Virus record (IMG/VR): IMGVR_UViG_3300038828_000048
Coordinates: 32,001-96,000 of that record
Reading direction: 5' to 3' (one strand)
Origin: a virus
Lineage: Duplodnaviria; Caudoviricetes
DNA: 64,000 bases
Shown here: piece by piece, positions 58,601 through 64,000 of the stretch
How positions within the stretch are numbered: the stretch's first letter is position 1
Layout: each line of letters opens with the position of its first letter
Position numbers and translations under genes: made by a program
Notes under the pieces: generated by a model
What the model saw: only the letters and a program-made list of their open reading frames with translations
The model's database searches: none
Told to the model about the DNA's origin: nothing

Positions 58601-61600
58601 TGAGAATAACGGTAATGATAATGCTGATATTAAAGAATCAGTAGTATTTGATGATGAAATTAAAGATAATAATCAAAATGATAATATACCTGTTCCTACT
58701 AATACCACTACTAATCCAGTTTCATCAACCGAAGTTGATCAACAATCAGAAACCCAACCAGTTAATGAATCTGATGTTAGTTCAGAAGAAATTCCTATCG
58801 AACCAACAGATGATGACGTTAGTAAAGCTATTGCATTAGAATCTAGTGATAGAAAAGAAGTTTTAGCATCTATACCAAGAATTAAAATTAATAATTCAGT
58901 ACAACCTGGGGATGTAATTACTAATAAAGAAGGAGTAGAGTTTGTAATAAAGAGTGTAAAAGGTAATAAAGTTACTTATACAACAAAAACAATTGATGAT
59001 GTATTTAATAAGGTTAATAAACCACATCAGTTTGTAAGAACTACTACCATACCAGTAAATGCAAAAGTTTCTGATACTGTTGATAATACAGGATCAGTAT
59101 CTCCTATATCTGAATCAATAGAAACTGATGAAACATTACAACATAGCAAAGTATATGTTTTAAATAATAAAGAATCTAAAGATAGTGTTGGTAGCACATT
59201 AGCTATTTCCCAATTAGATAACTCATCAGTTATCGTTAAAAGAACCGAAAGTATTAATGGAGTAGTAGCATATATAGATTATATATCAAGAGCAGTAGTT
59301 GATAGATTTAAAAAATTATGGAATCCTTATTTTCTTAAACACGAGAATGGAGATTTTAAAGGTTTTTCGATACAAAAATCTGATTTTCCTTATGTTGCTA
59401 TTCCTAATTTTGATATCTCTTATATAACAGATCCTAATGGTAAACCTATAAATTTTAGTAGAGTTGAAGATGGACAATATAAAGGATTAGTATTACTATC
59501 AGAAGTTAAAAAATATTTTGATAATAATAAATTTTTAAGAGTAGGTTATGGTAAAGATGAAACAGCATTTGATATTAAATATGAATTAGTAGATTTTTTA
59601 CCATTTACTACAGTTTTTAGTGGTGTTGATTCTGAAATATTTATTAGACAATCATCATCTCTTACTACAGCAAATACTGATTCATCATCGCTAAGAGAAG
59701 AAATTTTACAACTTCAACAATTACGAAGATATATTCAGAATAAAATAGATAAAGGTGGTTTTGTATCTGCACGAATAACTAAAAAGGATGCTGGGATTAT
59801 GCGTTTAATTGTTCCAAAAAATACATCTGTTGCATCTAAATCATCATTAAACAAAGTATCTCCTATTAGTATATATAGATCTAGTGTAAACAATGAATTT
59901 GATTTACCAATATTAATACCTAATATAAAAAATCCTAATAGAGCATTTATCGATGGAACATTAAGAGAAGTAACGTTGATCGAACGTCTTGGTAAAGAAG
60001 TTGAATATTATAAACCATCAATGTTATATCCAGTAGATATAAATTCTGATGGTGAAGTAGTGTATAACACTATTTATTTAAAAAATAGAAAATTGGGTGA
60101 ATCAAATATTATGGGTACTTATGGATCAGTACCTATAGTAAATGAGCATAGTATTAAAAATACTAATAACTTGATTTATACTGCTGAGTTATTACTTAGT
60201 AGATTATATGGAATAGATCTTACTATAGAAGAAAAAGATTTATTGGATAAGTTGAAAGTTAAAAATACCATCAAAGAAGTAAAAGATTATATAGACAGTT
60301 TTGTACGTTCTGATCTAAAACTTATTTCTGATGGGGTATTAGGATCAAAAGATTCAGCGATTCATATAAGCACTATGTTTCAACTAGCATTATACAATCC
60401 TGAAACAAAAACTCATCAATTATATACTAATCGACCACAAAATCAAGCAAAAGGAATCTCAAGAGAAGCAATAAAAGCAACTCTTAGAGATATGTGGTTT
60501 ACAATGAATTATAATTATGTTATAGGTAATAATACTATAGATGTAATAGATGAAGTTACAAAAGAAGTATTATCTCTAAATTATAGAGAATTAGCGTTCG
60601 ATAATATTTATCCTGATTATGAAATATTTAAAGGAGATGAAGATAGTAAAATCGGTCATACTATATATTCTCCATCAGTAAATAGTAGAATACATTTTGA
60701 AGTTAACGGGTTTGAGTATAAACCAGAAACAATTGCTACAACCACTATTCCAATACAAGTACAATATCCTGTAAAAATAGAATCTACTGTAGTAGAAAAT
60801 GATTTTTCTAATATTCCTGATGAGAAAATTGATACACAAACAATTAACCCATCTTCAGTAGATATAAAAGATGTAGAAGCGCAGAAAGTTGATATACAAA
60901 CTCAATCAGAATTACCAACCGATAGTGAATTTGTTACTGAGAGAACTCTAGATGATGCTGAGAATGAATTTCCAGGAGAAAATCCTAATATAACCTCTCA
61001 GGATATTACAAAACCAACAGAAATTCAAGAATTAGATTTACCAGATAATATTGATGATGATATATTAGCATTTGAAACAGAAGATGATTATTTTCTTAAT
61101 AATTTAACTATCGAGAATAGTAATTCAATTCCTGGTGTTCCACAAGTACATTTAAATAATATAGTAAATATTTTATTAGGTAGAGTTAGTAGATTAATCG
61201 AAAATGGTAAACTTGATAAAGAAAAAGCAAAGGTTTTAGAAATAAATACTATGAAACAGCTTTATGTTAATGCTAAAGCATCTTTAGAATTAACATTAAC
61301 AAAAGCAATACCTGGAACAAAGAAATATGAACAATTGAAATCATATTTAGATATTGTTGAAAAAGTTGTTGATAACTACCATATAGTAGATAGTTTGTTT
61401 AATAAATCATTTTTAGCTATTACAGGAAAGGATTTTGAAAATAATAGTGCTGATAATCAGTACAATGAAGATCGTATTATTACATTAAACCCTAAAGATA
61501 AAACAAGAGCTACTATCAAATTATTTCTTTTGAAAATAAAAGAAATGGATGATAAAAATAATACAAAGAAATTCTTTTTAAATTCTTTGGGTATTAAAGG

Positions 61601-64000
61601 AGCAGAAGATTTATATCAGCATATTGATGTAGATAAAGCATTAAATATATTATTTAATATATTAACTGTTAAAACTGGATTTTACTATGAACCAAATTTA
61701 GAAAATGTAATAAAAATACTGGATGATAATAGTAAATCATATCCTTTTTTAACAGATATAGCATTCTATCTTAAACATACTCCTGAGATTGGACCAGAAT
61801 TTGTAAGAAGTTTTTACTCTATTGATTCTAGGTATAGTAAACTTATATATACTGATGATATTCAAAACGGAGTTACTTATACAACTTTGATAGATAATCA
61901 AACAAATTTTAAATCTGGTGCAACAAAACTAAGAAATAGTTGGAAAAACAATTTAACATCTTTAATCGGTTTTAATAATGTTAATAGATTAGTATTAGAT
62001 CCTAATTCTCAACTAGGAGCTAAATTATTGTTTATAAAAGAATTATTTGGTGATTCTAAATCTAGAATTTTAGATTATAATACTGGAGAAATAAACCTAT
62101 CTAATACAAGGTTATCAGTAAATCAGATAGCAACAATCCAACCTTGGATAGATTCTATTAATAAAACATTAGTTAATTTAAATAATCCAAATGTTGATCC
62201 AAGAGATGTTTTATCAAACAAATTCATTTATACTAAAAAACTTTTAATAAATGAACTATTAAAGAATCTTGGTATAAATTTGGATAATGATGTATTATCA
62301 AAATTAGATAACCCAGATTATAAATTATTATTATCTAATGGTAAATCTGTAGTATTTAATTCAAATAAAATATTTGACAGTAGAAAAAAATTGCTTCAGA
62401 ATATTGATCAATTATTAATCGGTACTTCTGATGTAAATTCTTTATTAAAACAAGATATTATTAGAGAAATTGCATCGTTTGTAGCACAACACTCGAAAAA
62501 TAATAATTTTCATTCGGATAGAATGTTTCAGGATGGTAATAAAAGTGTTTCTGTATTTCAAATCCCAAGATATTTTTATTTAAGAGTTGCTAAACTTACC
62601 GATCTGAGTACTGGTTTTCTTGAAACGCTTATTAGTTTAAGAAATAATAAAAAACATTATAGCTCGAACTCATATTGGAAACATTTAATAAAAACTAATA
62701 ATCTAAATTATTCTACTGCTGCATTGCAAGCAACAGAAGAAATACGAAGAAACAATTCAGAAAAAGATATTCATGAATTTCCTGAAAAGAAATTATTAGA
62801 AGCGATGATTGCTAATTTTTTATCAGGAGTTAATAATACTACATCTAATGTTAAAATGAAGTTGTTTGGTAAAACAATTTCTGATTCTAAAATGATGACA
62901 TATTTTGAAGTACCTAAATTAGATTTATTTTTAGGATACGATGCTGAAACAACTTATATATTATCTGATGAAAATAATGGAGAAGTAATTGGGAAAACAA
63001 AAATATCAGAATTTTTAATTGATCAAATTTTGATGCCTGATGTAAATCGAATATTAAATGATGATACTGTACAATTAAAATCATATAATAAAGATGTATT
63101 TTATTCTGTACCATCCCTAAATGATTTTACAAAATACGGTTTAAACTCTATCAAAGAGGTAGCGTCTGTTATAAGTAATCCAGATATAAACCCTACTGCT
63201 TATAATCTAATAGAAAATGCATTTAAAGAATATCTGAATAATGAAATTAGTGCTACAAAAGAACTATTTCAGAAATATCGCATAGGATATTCTTCTGATA
63301 CTAAATCATGGTCTATGGTTTCAAAAGATGCAGTAGATTACTATACTGAGCGTAGTGTTGCTGGAAGTGATACGAAAATAGCTCCAGAAACCATTCACAA
63401 TCAAATTGTAAAAGATTTTGTACTAAATTACCTTGTTGGATATTCTAATAGTTCTATGTTGATATATGGTGATCCTGCGATATATACTAAAGGTAATATT
63501 AATACTACAATGAATAATGTAATCAAAAGATTAAAAACTTTTGCATCACCAAGAGAAGTATTAGATACAAATATTTATAAAAAATTATCTGGCAAAGATT
63601 CAATTTCTTATTTAGTAGTAAAAGATGATGTATCCCCTGTTAATTCAATCAAATATATTACTAATTTATTAGATGGATTGGAAATAACAGATGAAGAAGT
63701 AAAAATTCTTAGAGATAAAAATTCATCAGTAGATGATAAGAATATTATATACAATAAATATCCAAATAGCTCTGGTTATTTTAAAAATAATCATGCAGAT
63801 GCTCAAGAATTTGTACATTGGAAACATCATCTTGACACTCTAGTTGCACTAGGTGAATTAAAAATTCATGATTATAATAATATAGTTGATATAATAGAGA
63901 ATCATCCTGAAAAAATTAAGAACTCTGATATTTTAAAAGTATTTGCTCCATTCAAACCACTATATTCAGGAACAGTTATCAAAGGACCAATCGAGCAACA
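55614..64000 (+). CDS. Giant virion protein (partial, >2795 aa): lysozyme-like N-terminus, membrane segments, start of the virion RNA polymerase
   Basis: Missing from the track, consistent with no stop before the window end; same frame at both ends. N-terminal SGAVGGYQI, FLSNPFVQEEYM, HHEGLAGA. C-terminal IYGDPAIY...KRL...SP, ADAQEF and PFKPLYSG resemble crAss-like vRNAP motifs. Confidence 0.8.
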   Translation, partial: MADTQNPTDTSFNDPSNNPEGVIPKLYSLDKDLYTSKGVSLDDFTLAMSNPAVQNKVFNKHIDKFAAKKVTFRDFQSSLNIEPSREKGSLKDYIYQLEHDPKKGYYSFNPDSKSGAVGGYQIIYDNNVEEKNKQKYGVNRDQFLSNPFVQEEYMSDRINDEYIPNLDALKEINKAKGNKYNDYELAYLIHHEGLAGAKHFLKNGKSLHGSEKALESQFAKGRTYLEQVQALSENKIDSNPNQDEDSKLAEYYKANPNTGSKSWFSNAILSTDLFLGDVKKTKTLEDGTEVYLRDGGEKVYKLPDGRVVRSLTDKNNAALKAGKNIVTDTMIGGVIGTAGMLFGAARDIGEKLAYHTTDGKAGDNNWDSVYNNDLSAFAKDMKQSLKINKPDFTPERLQKIDIKEGDDAITKLSKYVSYIAEESGNPDFWYNEGAQGISSMLEMRLPSMFVGKLGGKAVKAIMKNANNVEDLTKLQKIAIKGTEYVTYSAFNGALESAIEAESIYKTVKSDLYAKNSFLPDDKQLSDDEINRKASKRASSGFVDNFALISGSNLLEADNLMGNLGGRSFMGKAAKLLLKAGLQAGVEAFQEVGQFGIEKYETSKLDKKDTKHEGNLFQRLYSGAAETISGVAGTIKDEYDKGSPELAKSAFLGGLLGGGMTSVTQLTKEVINYPISKTINETAPESILDFYQKDENGNIKYNDKNEPVIDKSALSTYLSKVDNDYQNIAAKNLANEIDDKLAADVITAGSFASFIQKHKAKDRSSDRLREVFDSYALTDEQYNLLGISKRKDKKEYVDERNSMFEIGLRAYDEISSIKQKLTPDSFNKAFEHFYKQKFVFSKIQSNQAKIDNYDAQTQLTDVESANRDNLVKEQERLNGLFTFYGSLVNSSIGKQTKTKDNKDNIGEDTSIPKDKEDFVEDSPKDTSKDTKKTEDLPSTQQEKEDQKDDLSKVEIPVQDPIVDSSKVDFKTEPKPLVTDEEGNFLSPDELDSSSDIDENNGNDNADIKESVVFDDEIKDNNQNDNIPVPTNTTTNPVSSTEVDQQSETQPVNESDVSSEEIPIEPTDDDVSKAIALESSDRKEVLASIPRIKINNSVQPGDVITNKEGVEFVIKSVKGNKVTYTTKTIDDVFNKVNKPHQFVRTTTIPVNAKVSDTVDNTGSVSPISESIETDETLQHSKVYVLNNKESKDSVGSTLAISQLDNSSVIVKRTESINGVVAYIDYISRAVVDRFKKLWNPYFLKHENGDFKGFSIQKSDFPYVAIPNFDISYITDPNGKPINFSRVEDGQYKGLVLLSEVKKYFDNNKFLRVGYGKDETAFDIKYELVDFLPFTTVFSGVDSEIFIRQSSSLTTANTDSSSLREEILQLQQLRRYIQNKIDKGGFVSARITKKDAGIMRLIVPKNTSVASKSSLNKVSPISIYRSSVNNEFDLPILIPNIKNPNRAFIDGTLREVTLIERLGKEVEYYKPSMLYPVDINSDGEVVYNTIYLKNRKLGESNIMGTYGSVPIVNEHSIKNTNNLIYTAELLLSRLYGIDLTIEEKDLLDKLKVKNTIKEVKDYIDSFVRSDLKLISDGVLGSKDSAIHISTMFQLALYNPETKTHQLYTNRPQNQAKGISREAIKATLRDMWFTMNYNYVIGNNTIDVIDEVTKEVLSLNYRELAFDNIYPDYEIFKGDEDSKIGHTIYSPSVNSRIHFEVNGFEYKPETIATTTIPIQVQYPVKIESTVVENDFSNIPDEKIDTQTINPSSVDIKDVEAQKVDIQTQSELPTDSEFVTERTLDDAENEFPGENPNITSQDITKPTEIQELDLPDNIDDDILAFETEDDYFLNNLTIENSNSIPGVPQVHLNNIVNILLGRVSRLIENGKLDKEKAKVLEINTMKQLYVNAKASLELTLTKAIPGTKKYEQLKSYLDIVEKVVDNYHIVDSLFNKSFLAITGKDFENNSADNQYNEDRIITLNPKDKTRATIKLFLLKIKEMDDKNNTKKFFLNSLGIKGAEDLYQHIDVDKALNILFNILTVKTGFYYEPNLENVIKILDDNSKSYPFLTDIAFYLKHTPEIGPEFVRSFYSIDSRYSKLIYTDDIQNGVTYTTLIDNQTNFKSGATKLRNSWKNNLTSLIGFNNVNRLVLDPNSQLGAKLLFIKELFGDSKSRILDYNTGEINLSNTRLSVNQIATIQPWIDSINKTLVNLNNPNVDPRDVLSNKFIYTKKLLINELLKNLGINLDNDVLSKLDNPDYKLLLSNGKSVVFNSNKIFDSRKKLLQNIDQLLIGTSDVNSLLKQDIIREIASFVAQHSKNNNFHSDRMFQDGNKSVSVFQIPRYFYLRVAKLTDLSTGFLETLISLRNNKKHYSSNSYWKHLIKTNNLNYSTAALQATEEIRRNNSEKDIHEFPEKKLLEAMIANFLSGVNNTTSNVKMKLFGKTISDSKMMTYFEVPKLDLFLGYDAETTYILSDENNGEVIGKTKISEFLIDQILMPDVNRILNDDTVQLKSYNKDVFYSVPSLNDFTKYGLNSIKEVASVISNPDINPTAYNLIENAFKEYLNNEISATKELFQKYRIGYSSDTKSWSMVSKDAVDYYTERSVAGSDTKIAPETIHNQIVKDFVLNYLVGYSNSSMLIYGDPAIYTKGNINTTMNNVIKRLKTFASPREVLDTNIYKKLSGKDSISYLVVKDDVSPVNSIKYITNLLDGLEITDEEVKILRDKNSSVDDKNIIYNKYPNSSGYFKNNHADAQEFVHWKHHLDTLVALGELKIHDYNNIVDIIENHPEKIKNSDILKVFAPFKPLYSGTVIKGPIEQ

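Noticed and set aside
796-63114. Short antisense or alternative-frame ORFs in the track (for example 796-996, 2044-2232, 24687-24947, 36927-37879, 58285-58839)
   Set aside because: They lie within longer well-supported genes and look like shadow ORFs.
11137-64000. Genome-wide stop-codon reassignment, as in some crAss-like phages
   Set aside because: The long virion genes are intact under the standard code; TAG and TGA are not used internally.

Overview
AT-rich (roughly 27% GC by eye) fragment of a crAss-like (Crassvirales-related) podophage genome. The host is probably a Bacteroidota bacterium, judged from TAnnTTTG -7 promoter boxes, AT-rich translation starts without Shine-Dalgarno sites, and DUF1573 and T9SS-cargo-like domains. 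The genetic code is standard. Layout: (1) 1-6677, minus strand: small, probably early/accessory genes, many separated by hairpin terminators, including an unusual CoaB-like ligase/class II aldolase fusion. (2) 6680-7540: non-coding, with a G-run motif cluster and an approximately 400-nt, heavily base-paired candidate ncRNA that has its own promoter and terminator. (3) 7540-11078, minus strand: a PD-(D/E)XK (Cas4-like) nuclease plus three tandem paralogues, transcribed toward the ncRNA. (4) 11137-64000, plus strand: the virion module, with terminase, portal, scaffold, major capsid, ring/hub/muzzle tail proteins, fibres, a lysis cassette, a 1721-aa Cys-rich/Ig-like protein, cargo proteins, and a giant ORF (>2795 aa, running off the window) with an N-terminal lysozyme-like domain and the start of the virion RNA polymerase. 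All assignments come from motif recognition and synteny; no searches were run.
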